DNA from: Candidatus Latescibacterota bacterium
GTDB lineage: Bacteria > Latescibacterota > UBA2968
Assembly (NCBI GenBank): GCA_965205975.1
Contig: OZ242195.1
Location: 4,320,001-4,384,000, forward strand
Direction of reading: 5' to 3'
DNA: 64,000 bases
A program made the translations under genes and the position numbers. The notes under the pieces are model-generated. The model was not told the DNA's origin, did not search any database, and saw nothing but the letters and a program-made list of their open reading frames with translations. Positions 47,688-61,147 of the stretch are shown one piece after another (within the stretch, counting starts at the first letter, position 1; each line of letters begins with the position of its first letter).

Positions 47688-49904
47688 TTATCCTCGTCTG
47701 CTGATCATGATGGTGGCACAGGTGATATTTTGTGCGAGAACCGGTGCGAGTTGTCCAAATTGTCTGCGGTTTTTGTCAATGCGCTCCAATCCCAAAATCG
47801 CCAGATCGTAGTTATTTGCCATATCCGTAATTGCTTCGAGGGGTTTGTTGTGGCGCACCACCAGGGCGTCGGCTCTGGTGGGAACTTCTTCGTTTGCAAA
47901 TTGCGTCAGTCTGCGCTGTGCGCGGTCACACTGAAAATCACTGATGTGTTCGGGCAATACCTGCAAAAATGTGACTTCGCGGTTGCCCGTGCGACACAGA
48001 CTGCCCAGTAAGCGGGCGCGAAATTTGTCATGGGCACCAAGTCCACGCGTGGGCACCAGTACGCGATGCACGTTCTTTAAGTGCCAACCCGGTGGCGCGT
48101 GCAATACCACGACATCACATGATACAGAACTGATGAGTTCTTCCAGATGGACACTGTTGACGTCGCTCAGACCCAATAATAAACTCTCGCAGCGGTGCAC
48201 GCGCGAGACCCGCACAATCTCGGGCCAGGGTTGTGGTGCGATGGTCATCAGTGCTTCGGGGGCCATTCCAGCGGCAAACGAGGCTGTTACGGCTTCTCTG
48301 AGTACTGTTTGTGTGTCGTGTAAGGAGTGCGGAGATTCTTTCTCGCGCCATCCCTCTTCTGGGGTAGCCACTACGGATAATAACAACACGCGTCCCACGC
48401 CTGGCGGTGCGAGCGCGTGGGCAACTGCGACCATGGCAGAGGCATTTTGAGGATTGGCCACGGGTACGAGGACCAGGGGGCTGCGACCGCGCATTTGGAG
48501 CAGTTGTGGGTCGAGTGCTTCGGCAGAGGCATCGACAACGCGGGCGCGGCGCGCCAATAATGCCCAGTACAATAATCCGCCCAGTCCCAGCCATACCGCC
48601 GAGATCAAGCCAGCGGTTGGCACGGATATGGCTTGAAAGAGTGCCAATCCGGCGCAGCACAGACCGCCTGTGACGGGTATGAGGGGGAAAAATGGCGTGT
48701 GGAATGGTGCGGGTGTTCGCCGTCGCGTTCGGGCCAGGATGCTGGTCCAGTGCGTCATGGCAAAAGAGATGAGAAAAATCAAACTCGCCGCGGCACCGGC
48801 AGCCGCTACATCTGGTACGACCATCAGCAGGGTTGCCATTGTTAGAGCACTGACACAGATTGCGGTTATGGGCGTTTTATGGCGAATGTGTACTTCACCA
48901 ATGGGTGCGGGAAGGGTGCGGTCTTGCGCCATGGTGAGGGCTACGCGGGAAGCGGCAAGCAGATTGGCCTGTAGTGCAGATAGCATGGACAAGATGGCGG
49001 CGATCAGCACCAGCCAGAATCCTATGTCACCCAGAAAATGTCGCGCCGCGAGAGCCACCACGACTTCGGGATGGTTGGCACTCAGGCCACCTATGGTCTG
49101 TCCAGGTGGGACACCCACAGTCGCGATAACAAAGAGCAGAGGCAGATAGACGCCCAGAGCCGCTGCGAGAGACAAGAGCATGGCCCGCGGCAATGTGCGT
49201 TCGGGGGTGCGTACTTCGCCGGCAACGGCGGCGATGAGATCAAAACCCTGGAGGGCGATAAAGGTGTATCCCATGGCTTGAAAAAATCCCGTTGTTCCAT
49301 GGGTGAGAAATGGTGTCAAGCTGGCGTGTATGGCCCCCAGGCTGCGGCCCGTGAGTGCCCATAGACCGCCGCCGATAAGCACCGCAAAGACGGCCATTTT
49401 TGCAAAGTTGATCCAGTTGTCCCCGCCTCCGCTCGTGCGAATGAGGCCAAAGGTATAATAGGCGGTTGCGCCTATGGCCAGCGTTGCGACCATCGCATGT
49501 CCAAGAAGCCATTCTGGTGCGACGCCAAAGAGAAGACGCACACATTCTTGCAGTGCTATTGCTGCATAGGATGCAAACCCCATTGCGTAGAGTACGCCGG
49601 CGACGATGGATGCAAACCAGCCCACCCATCCAAAGGCGAAAGCCGCGCGTACGGATAATACGTTTTTGGCAAATGTATAGGTGCCGCCGGACTGGGGGAA
49701 TGCGGTTGACATCTCGGCAAAGCTCAATGCTGTCAGTACTGCTATCACACCATTGGCTGCAAAGACGAGTAGTGTCGCCGGTCCGGTGGTCGCATAGGCC
49801 ACGCCTGCAAGTGCGAGTATGCCGCCTCCGACGATGGCGCCAATGCCCACGCCCGTAGCACCTGCCAGACCTATGGAACGTTCTATGGTTCCCTGTTTGT
49901 TCAT
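47688..49904 (-). CDS. APC family amino acid permease with C-terminal USP-like domains
   Basis: GAIVGGGI, FAEMSTAFPQSGGTY, GFD...AGEV, SRVALTMAQD; C-terminal VLVPVANP. Confidence 0.88.
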   Translation of the reverse strand: MNKQGTIERSIGLAGATGVGIGAIVGGGILALAGVAYATTGPATLLVFAANGVIAVLTALSFAEMSTAFPQSGGTYTFAKNVLSVRAAFAFGWVGWFASIVAGVLYAMGFASYAAIALQECVRLLFGVAPEWLLGHAMVATLAIGATAYYTFGLIRTSGGGDNWINFAKMAVFAVLIGGGLWALTGRSLGAIHASLTPFLTHGTTGFFQAMGYTFIALQGFDLIAAVAGEVRTPERTLPRAMLLSLAAALGVYLPLLFVIATVGVPPGQTIGGLSANHPEVVVALAARHFLGDIGFWLVLIAAILSMLSALQANLLAASRVALTMAQDRTLPAPIGEVHIRHKTPITAICVSALTMATLLMVVPDVAAAGAAASLIFLISFAMTHWTSILARTRRRTPAPFHTPFFPLIPVTGGLCCAGLALFQAISVPTAGLISAVWLGLGGLLYWALLARRARVVDASAEALDPQLLQMRGRSPLVLVPVANPQNASAMVAVAHALAPPGVGRVLLLSVVATPEEGWREKESPHSLHDTQTVLREAVTASFAAGMAPEALMTIAPQPWPEIVRVSRVHRCESLLLGLSDVNSVHLEELISSVSCDVVVLHAPPGWHLKNVHRVLVPTRGLGAHDKFRARLLGSLCRTGNREVTFLQVLPEHISDFQCDRAQRRLTQFANEEVPTRADALVVRHNKPLEAITDMANNYDLAILGLERIDKNRRQFGQLAPVLAQNITCATIMISRRG

Positions 49905-49908
49905 TGTT

Positions 49909-50757
49909 TTATTGTGAGGCTTTGGGAAAGTCTCCTGGCTGGTGGAATTTACCGTTTTCGTTCTGGACGAATTCGGGGGGAAATGCGGTGCAGATTTGGC
50001 CGCTTTTCATGCCCCAGCGGTGTAGCGGACGCATGCGCCCGGCGTTGATTTTCGGGTTTGTCCACACGCCCGCAATGGCTATGCGGCTGTTTGGACTGGG
50101 GTTTGGCGGGCTGTAATGCCACAGGCTGCTGTGCCAGCAGACCACGTCGCCCGGGTTGAGTTCGATGTGTTCTGTACCGCATTGTTCTATGCGTGCTTTT
50201 ACGAGGTCGCGGGGCAGTTCACCGTGAATGCTGTCTTCGTACATGACGTGTTGTACAATCTCACCTTTGTGACTGCCCGGGACAAATTGCATACACCCAT
50301 TTTCGCGGGTTGCCGGGTCGAGTGCCATCCAGGCGTTAAAGGGTTCGGTTTCTCCGTCGCGCCAGAGGCCGTTGTCCTGGTGCCAGGGTGTTGCGCTGCC
50401 CGTTTTGGCGGGTTTTACAAATACGCTGTTGAATTTGACGATGATGTCGTTGTCCAAAAAATATCGCGCCATGGCGAGCATTTCTCGTCCGGTGTGAAAT
50501 GTATGCCAGATGAGGGGGGATTCGACGCAGAAGTTGCCCAATTTTCGAAATCTCAGGGCGCGCGCTTCAGGGGTGTCGCCCATGGGATCCATGGGATCTG
50601 GATTGGGGTTGCCGCTTGGCTCGGGTTTGAGCAGTTCGTTTTTTATGACGCCGCGCATGTCAAAAGCAGTGTCTTCTGGTACGACGTTGCGCTCGATAAA
50701 GAATCCCTTTTCTTCCCATTGGTGTTTTTGTTCAGCGGAGGGTTTCCAATTATTCAT
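49909..50757 (-). CDS. phytanoyl-CoA dioxygenase family (Fe(II)/2OG) protein
   Basis: TPWHQD, WMALDPATRENGCMQFVPGSH, WHYSPPN.S...R. Confidence 0.9.
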   Translation of the reverse strand: MNNWKPSAEQKHQWEEKGFFIERNVVPEDTAFDMRGVIKNELLKPEPSGNPNPDPMDPMGDTPEARALRFRKLGNFCVESPLIWHTFHTGREMLAMARYFLDNDIIVKFNSVFVKPAKTGSATPWHQDNGLWRDGETEPFNAWMALDPATRENGCMQFVPGSHKGEIVQHVMYEDSIHGELPRDLVKARIEQCGTEHIELNPGDVVCWHSSLWHYSPPNPSPNSRIAIAGVWTNPKINAGRMRPLHRWGMKSGQICTAFPPEFVQNENGKFHQPGDFPKASQ

Positions 50758-51008
50758 TTATAGGTCTCCTTTATGTAGAAGAAATGCCGTTGATGAAAAA
50801 AACGGATTCACCAAAGAAACACAAGCATTTTCTCTGCGATGGTTCCCTTATGCCCCGGCAATTCCCCTTGCCAGACCAGGGACAATCAGTGATATTTCAT
50901 TTGTACCTTACGCGGCAGGGAGAAAGAACAAAGGTCATTGTATTCGCATCAAGCATATTGTCGTTTAGTATGATCCGTAACTGAAAAAGACTGGAGGTGG
51001 AGAAAACC

Positions 51009-51209
51009 GTGACAAAGGTTGAGGAACTCACACGCGAAGTTCAGAAGTTAGATTGTGCTGAACTGATAGACTTTCGGAAATGGTTCGAGGAATACACTGC
51101 TGACATGTGGGATCAGCAGATTGAAGAAGATGTGCAGGCTGGAAAATTAGATCACCTTGCTCAAGCAGCTTTGGCAGAGCATTCTTCAGGAAGAACAAGG
51201 ACATTTTGA
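51009..51209 (+). CDS. putative antitoxin
   Basis: Small acidic protein with WDQQIEEDVQAGKLD motif; overlaps the toxin start. Confidence 0.75.
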   Translation: MTKVEELTREVQKLDCAELIDFRKWFEEYTADMWDQQIEEDVQAGKLDHLAQAALAEHSSGRTRTF

Positions 51210-51466
51210 AGCATTTTGTCACGAGCAACTTTTGGGCGTGTTACCAAAGACTTCCATCCGCAGTCCAAAAACTTGCGGATAAAAACTACGAACTTCTGAA
51301 ATCCGACCCATTTCATCCCTCTTTACACTTTAAGCAGATTGGTAACTACCGGGCAGTTCGAGTAGGACTACATTATCGAGCCCTGGCCATTGAAAGTTGG
51401 GATGGATTGGTGTGGTTCTGGATAGGACCCCACGCAGAGTATGAGCGGATTCTAAAGGGTGGGTGA
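51206..51466 (+). CDS. RelE/ParE-like toxin
   Basis: FWACYQRLP, HPSLHFK, RVGLHYRAL, WFWIGPHAEYE. Confidence 0.8.
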   Translation: MKHFVTSNFWACYQRLPSAVQKLADKNYELLKSDPFHPSLHFKQIGNYRAVRVGLHYRALAIESWDGLVWFWIGPHAEYERILKGG

Positions 51467-51523
51467 GAGAAATAATATAGATGAGAAGCTGAAATATTCA
51501 TTTTTTGTTTAGGGAGGTTCGTT

Positions 51524-52435
51524 ATGTTGATTGCTACGTCGCGAACAGTGCATGCGGGCTTTGAGGATCAGGACGCTCCTGTGCAGATTGTAGAGGGCGA
51601 TGTTGCCGCGCTTGCCAAAGGCGAGGTTTATCGCGTTGTTGCCCTCAAGAGTGGCGATTTGTTTGTGTGTACCGAAACGGGATCCCAGACGGTTGCTACG
51701 GGTATTGAAGAGGATATCGAGTGTTTGATTATTGTTGACGAAGAACCCCTGCGCTTGCTTATCGGTACGGGAGAATCTCGTATTTATTGTTATGATGATG
51801 GGAAGACGCATCGGGTTGAGTCTTTTGACCAGTTGCCGGTGCGCGAGAAGTGGTACACGCCCTGGGGTGGTCCGCCAGATGTGCGCAGCTTTGCCAGGAC
51901 AACAGATGGCTGGGTTTATGCCGATATTCACGTGGGTAGTATTATGCGTTCGGCAGATTGCGGTGAGACGTGGGAACCCGTGACGCCGGATTTGCACGAT
52001 GATGTGCATCAGGTGGCTACTTCGCCGCAGGACGATGACCGCGTGTATGCGAATACGGCGCGTGCGGTGTTTGTGAGCGATGATCGCGGGAGGTCGTGGT
52101 CCCACCGGTCTGAGGGTTTTCCCTATTATTACGGTCGCGCTATTGCCGTGCATCTCGACGATCCGGATTGTGTGCTGGCTACGGTGAGCAAGGGGCCGCA
52201 CGGAGAGGCTGCGGGTCAGCTTTACAGATCGGATGATGCGGGTGGTACATGGGAACACGTTACAGAGGGGTTTCCAGGTACGGTTCCACATAATATTGAT
52301 ACGTTTCACATCGCGTTTTCAAAAGATGGGCGTGCCTGGGCCGCTGTGGATAAGACGCTTTATACCAGCGTGGACCGGGGTAAGTCATGGGAAAGTGTAT
52401 GGGAGGCATCAGAGAAGATACGGATGATTGCATGA
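51524..52435 (+). CDS. BNR/Asp-box beta-propeller protein
   Basis: Repeated SxDxGxTW motifs (SADCGETW, SDDRGRSW, SDDAGGTW, SVDRGKSW). Confidence 0.82.
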   Translation: MLIATSRTVHAGFEDQDAPVQIVEGDVAALAKGEVYRVVALKSGDLFVCTETGSQTVATGIEEDIECLIIVDEEPLRLLIGTGESRIYCYDDGKTHRVESFDQLPVREKWYTPWGGPPDVRSFARTTDGWVYADIHVGSIMRSADCGETWEPVTPDLHDDVHQVATSPQDDDRVYANTARAVFVSDDRGRSWSHRSEGFPYYYGRAIAVHLDDPDCVLATVSKGPHGEAAGQLYRSDDAGGTWEHVTEGFPGTVPHNIDTFHIAFSKDGRAWAAVDKTLYTSVDRGKSWESVWEASEKIRMIA

Positions 52436-52442
52436 AGACTTA

Positions 52443-52650
52443 GAGACTGTTTTAAAACTCATTTTGCCCCTTCTCGGCGATGCGCTATTGCCCTGTCATT
52501 CTGAGCCTTTCGGCTACGCTCAAGATAAACTCCGCGGAGCGGAGTCGAAGAATCTGCTACTGACGCAGGTGGAATAGATGCTTCGGCTACGCTCAGCATG
52601 ACAAAACGCCGGACATGCGTAACATCAGGTATTAATTTTTAAACAGCTTC
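52443..52650. mobile_element. MITE-like element (208 bp) carrying a GTCAT...ATGAC palindrome pair
   Basis: Imperfect TIRs GAGACTGTTTTAAAA / reverse complement GAAGCTGTTTAAAAA, TTA on both flanks; internal GTCATTCTGAGC...GAAGAATCT and AGATGCTTCGGCTACGCTCAGCATGAC. Confidence 0.65.
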
Positions 52651-52662
52651 TTAGGAGCATTT

Positions 52663-53637
52663 ATGGCACATCACAACTTTAGCCCCACTCATTATCACAC
52701 GACTATTGGATCCCACGATCCGGTTCTCACTATTGCAAGTGGCGATACGCTTTCGACCACGACGGTTTGTGCGGGTGGCAGGGATATGACGGGCGAGCAA
52801 GTGACAGAGGGCGGCAATCCCCAGACGGGTCCTTTTTATATTGAGGGTGCAGAGCCGGGGGATTCGATTTCGGTTGTGTTTGATTATTTGATGCCCAACC
52901 GTTCGCATGGCTATACTTCTGCGCGCGTTGCGCCCAATGTGCTCGATCCGGGTTATGTGCCCAAATTTGAGGATGATATTGCGCGGGTTTTATGGGAGAT
53001 CGATTTTGAAAATCGCACGGCACGCCCGGTGGAGGTTTCTCGTAACCGCGACCATACCACGCCCGGTTATGGCAGTCCCGCGTCCCGTCCGTTAAGCGAT
53101 CTAATTTTGCCGCTCAATCCGCATCCCGGATGTTTTGGGGTTGCGCCGCCGCGGGGTCAGGCGATTTCGACTGCGACGTCATCCACGCACGGTGGGAATA
53201 TGGATTACAAGCGTTTCAACGAGGGCACGACGGTTTATTTGCCGGTTTTTGTCGAGGGCGCGCTTTTTCACATTGGCGATGGGCACGCGCTTCAGGGCGA
53301 TGGTGAAATTGTGGGTACGGGTGTTGAAATTTCTTTTGATGTCCGTTTTACGGTTCATCTGCACAAGGGCAAGACGATTAACTGGCCGCGGGGTGAAAAT
53401 GAGACGCATATTTTTACGGCGGGCAATGCCCGTCCGCTCGATCAGTGCGTCGAACACGCGACCACTGAAATGATCCGCTGGCTTGTGTCGGATTTTGGTC
53501 TGGACGAGCGCACCGTACATGTGTTGCTCGGCGAGGCGGTTGAATACGATATGGGCAATATGTTTGATCCCGCTTATACTTTTGTTTGTAAAATTCCCAA
53601 GCAAGTTCTCGAAACCCTGGGCGCGACCCGTGCGTAG
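52663..53637 (+). CDS. acetamidase/formamidase family protein
   Basis: TGPFYIEGAEPGD, HGGNMD, LPVFVEGALFHIGDGHALQGDGE. Confidence 0.92.
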   Translation: MAHHNFSPTHYHTTIGSHDPVLTIASGDTLSTTTVCAGGRDMTGEQVTEGGNPQTGPFYIEGAEPGDSISVVFDYLMPNRSHGYTSARVAPNVLDPGYVPKFEDDIARVLWEIDFENRTARPVEVSRNRDHTTPGYGSPASRPLSDLILPLNPHPGCFGVAPPRGQAISTATSSTHGGNMDYKRFNEGTTVYLPVFVEGALFHIGDGHALQGDGEIVGTGVEISFDVRFTVHLHKGKTINWPRGENETHIFTAGNARPLDQCVEHATTEMIRWLVSDFGLDERTVHVLLGEAVEYDMGNMFDPAYTFVCKIPKQVLETLGATRA

Positions 53638-53643
53638 TGTGCG

Positions 53644-54630
53644 ATGAAAAAATCTCACTGGATTATTTCCCCGTCTGTCGATTTGTGCTGTATTTCGCTC
53701 GGATGGCTGGTCTTTTTTGCCGCTCCTTATCTGCTCTCTGACTACAGTGAGACCTTCCGCCTCATTGCGGTCACGTCATTTGTAGCCCACCGGTATTTCA
53801 CTTTTCCCCTCGTTTATCTCGACCGCATTGAATTTGAACGGCGGCTGCTGATTTATCTGATAACTCCAGTGCTGTGTCTGGGGTTCGTCGCTCTGTGTTA
53901 TTATTTTCGGGTTGAAGAGCCCGAGATGTTCGCGTTCTGGTACCTTTTTAATTATTTCCATTTTGTCCGTCAAAAGTACGGTATTTTGCGGATTTATTCC
54001 GGGAAGGGACAATGGGGGCACAAACAGCTCGATGCCTGGACTTCGTATCTCTGGGGTATTGCGGGATTTGGGTATCTGTTTGCGTTTCAGGCCGATGTCG
54101 AAGGCCGCGTTATGCATTATTTGCATACGCTTATCGGGACGCCGCTTCCGCAGGTGGGGGCGCAAGGGATATATGTCGCAGCTATCGCTGTTACGATTGC
54201 GTGGCTTATTTACGAGTTTCGGGGCGCGCAAATTAACTGGCCCAAATTGCTTTTCTTTTTTTCGGTCGCGTTTATGTATGGTGTTGTGCCCATTTTGTCG
54301 TCAGACGCGCTTTTTATTGCGACCAGTTTTAGCCATGCCGCGGAATATATCGCCCTTGTCGCGCTTACGGTTCACAATAAGGCAAAACTCGATGCTTTTG
54401 CGTCGCCTGTGCTGACGCGAGCGGGAAAGTCTATTGTTCCCTATACTGCGGGTTTTATTGTTGTGGTCAGCGGCTTGTTATACGGTCTGAAATTTCTTTC
54501 TCTTCCGATCTTTCTCGTTTTTACTTATGGCACTTCGTTTATGCATTTTATCTACGATGGCATGATCTGGAAGTTGCGTCGCCCCCGCGTTGCGCGGGAG
54601 GTTGGCGCAGCGATGAGCGATAGGCGATGA
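53644..54630 (+). CDS. uncharacterised polytopic membrane protein with His motifs
   Basis: About 9 hydrophobic segments; HRYFT, HFVRQKYG, HAAEY, HFIYDGMIW. Confidence 0.75.
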   Translation: MKKSHWIISPSVDLCCISLGWLVFFAAPYLLSDYSETFRLIAVTSFVAHRYFTFPLVYLDRIEFERRLLIYLITPVLCLGFVALCYYFRVEEPEMFAFWYLFNYFHFVRQKYGILRIYSGKGQWGHKQLDAWTSYLWGIAGFGYLFAFQADVEGRVMHYLHTLIGTPLPQVGAQGIYVAAIAVTIAWLIYEFRGAQINWPKLLFFFSVAFMYGVVPILSSDALFIATSFSHAAEYIALVALTVHNKAKLDAFASPVLTRAGKSIVPYTAGFIVVVSGLLYGLKFLSLPIFLVFTYGTSFMHFIYDGMIWKLRRPRVAREVGAAMSDRR

Positions 54631-54633
54631 GCG

Positions 54634-57757
<3,124 letters not shown>

Positions 57758-57798
57758 TCCACATATTTTTTCGAAAAGGAAGTTGCAGAATAGTAATT

Positions 57799-57829
57799 GT
57801 CATTGCGGCATGGTTTTAGCCGCAATCCA
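57799..57829. repeat. TGGA...TGAC palindromic element (reverse orientation)
   Basis: GTCATTGCGGCATGGTTTTAGCCGCAATCCA; matches the reverse complement of 1326-1357. Confidence 0.8.
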
Positions 57830-57883
57830 TTGGGGATTGGCAGGTGGGGCTGACAATTCTATCTAACCCAAAGGAGAACAAAG

Positions 57884-58186
57884 ATGAATATATCTGAAGA
57901 TATTGGGACCAGATTGCTTTTTGAAAATGACCGCGTGCGCGTTTGGGATCTCGCGCTTGCCCCGGGCGAGAGTACGGGCATGCATCGGCACGAGAATGAC
58001 TATTTGTACGTGGTTATCGGCGGGGGAAAACTCCAGGGTGTCTCATCAGATGGCGTCAAACGCGATGCCCGCGATATGGTGGATGGGCAGGTACAATGGC
58101 GAGATGTTGATGGCGAAGATATTCACGAGGCCATCAATGTGGGTGATGAACCCTGGCGGAATATTATTGTTGAGTTGAAGAGATAG
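57884..58186 (+). CDS. small cupin-fold protein
   Basis: LLFENDRVRVW, PGE..GMHRH, HEAINVG, VELK; AAGGAG RBS. Confidence 0.88.
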   Translation: MNISEDIGTRLLFENDRVRVWDLALAPGESTGMHRHENDYLYVVIGGGKLQGVSSDGVKRDARDMVDGQVQWRDVDGEDIHEAINVGDEPWRNIIVELKR

Positions 58187-58204
58187 GGGTCAGGTAGGCC
58201 GATT

Positions 58205-58264
58205 GGGACGGCACAGGGGCCGTTCCCTACACGTGCATGTAGGGGCGACCCCCTGTGGTCGCCC
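58205..58264. repeat. GTAG-type REP doublet
   Basis: Same two units as 16241-16311 in inverted overall orientation. Confidence 0.88.
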
Positions 58265-58287
58265 GTTGCGGGCACTTTTTTGTGTTC

Positions 58288-60282
58288 CTACTGGTAGGCG
58301 AGGAGGTCGTCAACGACGGTTGGGTCGGCGAGGGTTGAGGTGTCGCCGAGGTCCGAGGTGTCGTTTTCGGCGATTTTGCGCAGGATTCGGCGCATGATTT
58401 TGCCCGAGCGCGTTTTGGGCAAGCCCGGTGCCCAGTGGATTACGTCTGGGGTGGCGATGGGGCCGATTTCGGTGCGGACTTGCTGGACGAGTTCGGCTTT
58501 GAGGTCGTCGGTATAGGTTTCGCCCACGTTGAGGGTGACGTAGGCATAGATGCCCTGTCCTTTGATTTCGTGTGGGAAACCGACCACGGCGGCTTCGGCC
58601 ACTTTGGCGTGTGAGACCAGAGCGCTCTCGACTTCGGCGGTGCCCATGCGGTGACCTGAGATGTTGATGACGTCATCTACGCGGCCGGTGATCCAATAGT
58701 AGCCGTCTTCGTCGCGGCGGCAGCCGTCACCAGTGAAGTAGAAGCCTTTGTATTGCTGAAAGTAGGTTTCTTCAAAGCGTTTGTGATCGCCATAGACGGT
58801 GCGCATTTGTCCCGGCCAGGGTTCTGAGATGGCGAGTACGCCATCGACGCCATTGCCTTCGACGATTTTGCCCGATTCGGGTTCGAGGACGACGGGTTTG
58901 ATGCCATAGAGGGGAAAAGTCGCAGATCCGGGTTTGGTGGGGGTTGCGCCGGGTAAGGGACTGATGAGGATGCCGCCGGTTTCGGTTTGCCACCAGGTAT
59001 CTACGATGGGGCATCGCTCTCGCCCGACATTGCGGTGATACCATTGCCAGGCTTCGGGATTGATGGGTTCGCCCACGGTGCCGAGTATTTTGAGAGATGA
59101 CAGGTCGTATTTGGTGGGCCATTCGTCGCCTTCTCGGGTGAGGGCACGTATGGCTGTGGGCGCGGTGTAGAACTGGTTGACTTTGTATTTGTCGATGACC
59201 TGCCAGTATCGGCCCGGGTCGGGATAGACGGGCGTGCTTTCAAACATGATGGTGGTGGCGGCATTTGATAGAGGCCCATAGATGATGTAGGAGTGGCCCG
59301 TGACCCAGCCTATGTCGGCGGCGCAAAAGTAGATGTCGCCGTCCTGATAGTCAAAGACGTTTTTGTGCGTGTAGCCCGTGTACACCATGTAGCCACCCAC
59401 GTTGTGCTGCACGCCTTTGGGTTTGCCGGTGGAGCCAGATGTGTAGAGGATGAAGAGGGGGTCTTCGGCGTCCATTTCTTCGCATGGGCAGTCGGCATCA
59501 GCTTCTGACATGGCTTCGTGCCACCATAAGTCGCGTCCTTCACGCATGGGACATGTGATGCCACTATCTTTGCCTACGCGCTGGACGACGATGCAGGTGT
59601 GAACGCTGGTGTTGCCCATGCGCGAGTTGGCCAATGCAATAGCTTCGTCGGCGGGCTGTTTGCGTTCCATGGGGCGGTCGCCGCGGAACATGCCATCTGT
59701 GGTGAGTACGACCTGGCAGGCGGAATCGACGATGCGGTCTGCCAATGCTTCGGCTGAGAAGCCGCCAAAGACAATGGAGTGGACGGCGCCGATGCGCGCG
59801 CAGGCGAGCATGGCGATGGCGAGTTCGGGGATCATGGGCATATAGATAGAGACGCAGTCGCCTTTTTTTACGCCTCGGGATTTGAGTACGTTGGCGAATT
59901 TGCAGACTTGTTCGTGCAGTTCACTGTAGGTGAGTTTGGCGTCTTCACCAGGCTCGTTGCCTTCCCAGATGATGGCGATTTGGTCCCCTCGAGACGTGAG
60001 GTGACGGTCGATGCAGTTGTACGTGATGTTGGTTGTGGCCCCTTCAAACCACTTGATTGAGATTGGTCCATTGTCCATATTGTAGTTGTAGGATCGCACG
60101 GTGTCCCATTTTTTGTACCAGTGGAATGTATTGGCGATTTCCGCCCAGAATGCTTCGGGATCGGCAATCGATTTTTCGTATTGTTTCCCATAGGCATCTA
60201 TGCTGGGGACATGTGCATTGGTGCTGAGATTTTGCGGTGGGATGTATTTTCCGTTTTGTTCGACCACCTGATTTGCTGCCAT
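58288..60282 (-). CDS. acs: acetate--CoA ligase
   Basis: [55 protein letters not shown]. Confidence 0.97.
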   Translation of the reverse strand: MAANQVVEQNGKYIPPQNLSTNAHVPSIDAYGKQYEKSIADPEAFWAEIANTFHWYKKWDTVRSYNYNMDNGPISIKWFEGATTNITYNCIDRHLTSRGDQIAIIWEGNEPGEDAKLTYSELHEQVCKFANVLKSRGVKKGDCVSIYMPMIPELAIAMLACARIGAVHSIVFGGFSAEALADRIVDSACQVVLTTDGMFRGDRPMERKQPADEAIALANSRMGNTSVHTCIVVQRVGKDSGITCPMREGRDLWWHEAMSEADADCPCEEMDAEDPLFILYTSGSTGKPKGVQHNVGGYMVYTGYTHKNVFDYQDGDIYFCAADIGWVTGHSYIIYGPLSNAATTIMFESTPVYPDPGRYWQVIDKYKVNQFYTAPTAIRALTREGDEWPTKYDLSSLKILGTVGEPINPEAWQWYHRNVGRERCPIVDTWWQTETGGILISPLPGATPTKPGSATFPLYGIKPVVLEPESGKIVEGNGVDGVLAISEPWPGQMRTVYGDHKRFEETYFQQYKGFYFTGDGCRRDEDGYYWITGRVDDVINISGHRMGTAEVESALVSHAKVAEAAVVGFPHEIKGQGIYAYVTLNVGETYTDDLKAELVQQVRTEIGPIATPDVIHWAPGLPKTRSGKIMRRILRKIAENDTSDLGDTSTLADPTVVDDLLAYQ

Positions 60283-60397
60283 CGGGATTCCTCGCTTTCT
60301 TACGTGAATGTCATCAGACGGATCGGATTTGGGAAGATGAATATAAAACGGGATTGACAAGGGCGCAATGCGGAAAAACAGGCGGCTCGTATTTTTG

Positions 60398-60426
60398 GGA
60401 ACCCTGAGGGCGTGTGAAGGGTTTAA
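60398..60426 (+). promoter_or_regulatory. candidate ECF-type autoregulatory promoter
   Basis: GGAAC-N18-GTT(TAA) about 70 bp upstream of the ECF sigma gene. Confidence 0.4.
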
Positions 60427-60491
60427 TAGTAGGATTGAGGATATAAGGCTTTGGGTGGGGAGGGGGACACAGGCCCTAAGGGAGGGATTCC

Positions 60492-61103
60492 ATGCTTATG
60501 GCAAATTCGAGATATGGACTGGGCGAACAGTCAGATGTGGATATTTTAGCTGAGGTATCTGCTGGAGATATTGATGCTTATGGAAAAATTGTGCGGCGCT
60601 ATCAAGGGCGGTTGTACAATTTTGTTTTTCGCTTTGTAGGTGATCGGGAAACAGCAGAGGATATCGTACAAGAGGCGTTTTTGCGTGCGTTTGGAAAGCG
60701 TGAGGAATATCGCGCAATTGCCAATTTTTCTACATGGCTGTTTACGATTGCCGGAAATTTGGCCAAAAGTGAACTGAGAAGGCGCAAGCGATGGCGATTG
60801 TTTTCACTGGATCGAGACGAAGAGTCAGATACGGGCATGGACTTGCCCGATGAATCTATGCGTCCCGATCACATGGCGGAAACTTCGCTGTTCAATGTGG
60901 AGATTCAGAATGCGATTGCTTCGTTGCCCGATAATTACCGCCAGGTGATTTTGTTGCGCGATGTGGAAGGTATGTCGTATTATGAAATTTCTGAGATTGT
61001 GAAGTGTCCGGTTGGGACGGTGAAATCGCGCGTCAATCGCGGGCGCTTAAAATTGCAACAAAAATTAAAAAATGAAGGCCGGGATGTGGGTCTGAATGTT
61101 TAA
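60492..61103 (+). CDS. ECF RNA polymerase sigma factor (RpoE/SigW-like)
   Basis: [45 protein letters not shown]. Confidence 0.94.
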   Translation: MLMANSRYGLGEQSDVDILAEVSAGDIDAYGKIVRRYQGRLYNFVFRFVGDRETAEDIVQEAFLRAFGKREEYRAIANFSTWLFTIAGNLAKSELRRRKRWRLFSLDRDEESDTGMDLPDESMRPDHMAETSLFNVEIQNAIASLPDNYRQVILLRDVEGMSYYEISEIVKCPVGTVKSRVNRGRLKLQQKLKNEGRDVGLNV

Positions 61104-61147
61104 TATTAATATATCCCGGAAACCCTGCTCGGAGGTAAAATATAGAC

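Noticed and set aside
50760..50990. Possible riboswitch upstream of the PhyH gene
   Set aside because: A hairpin and an AGGGAA are present, but the cobalamin, TPP and SAM core motifs are not
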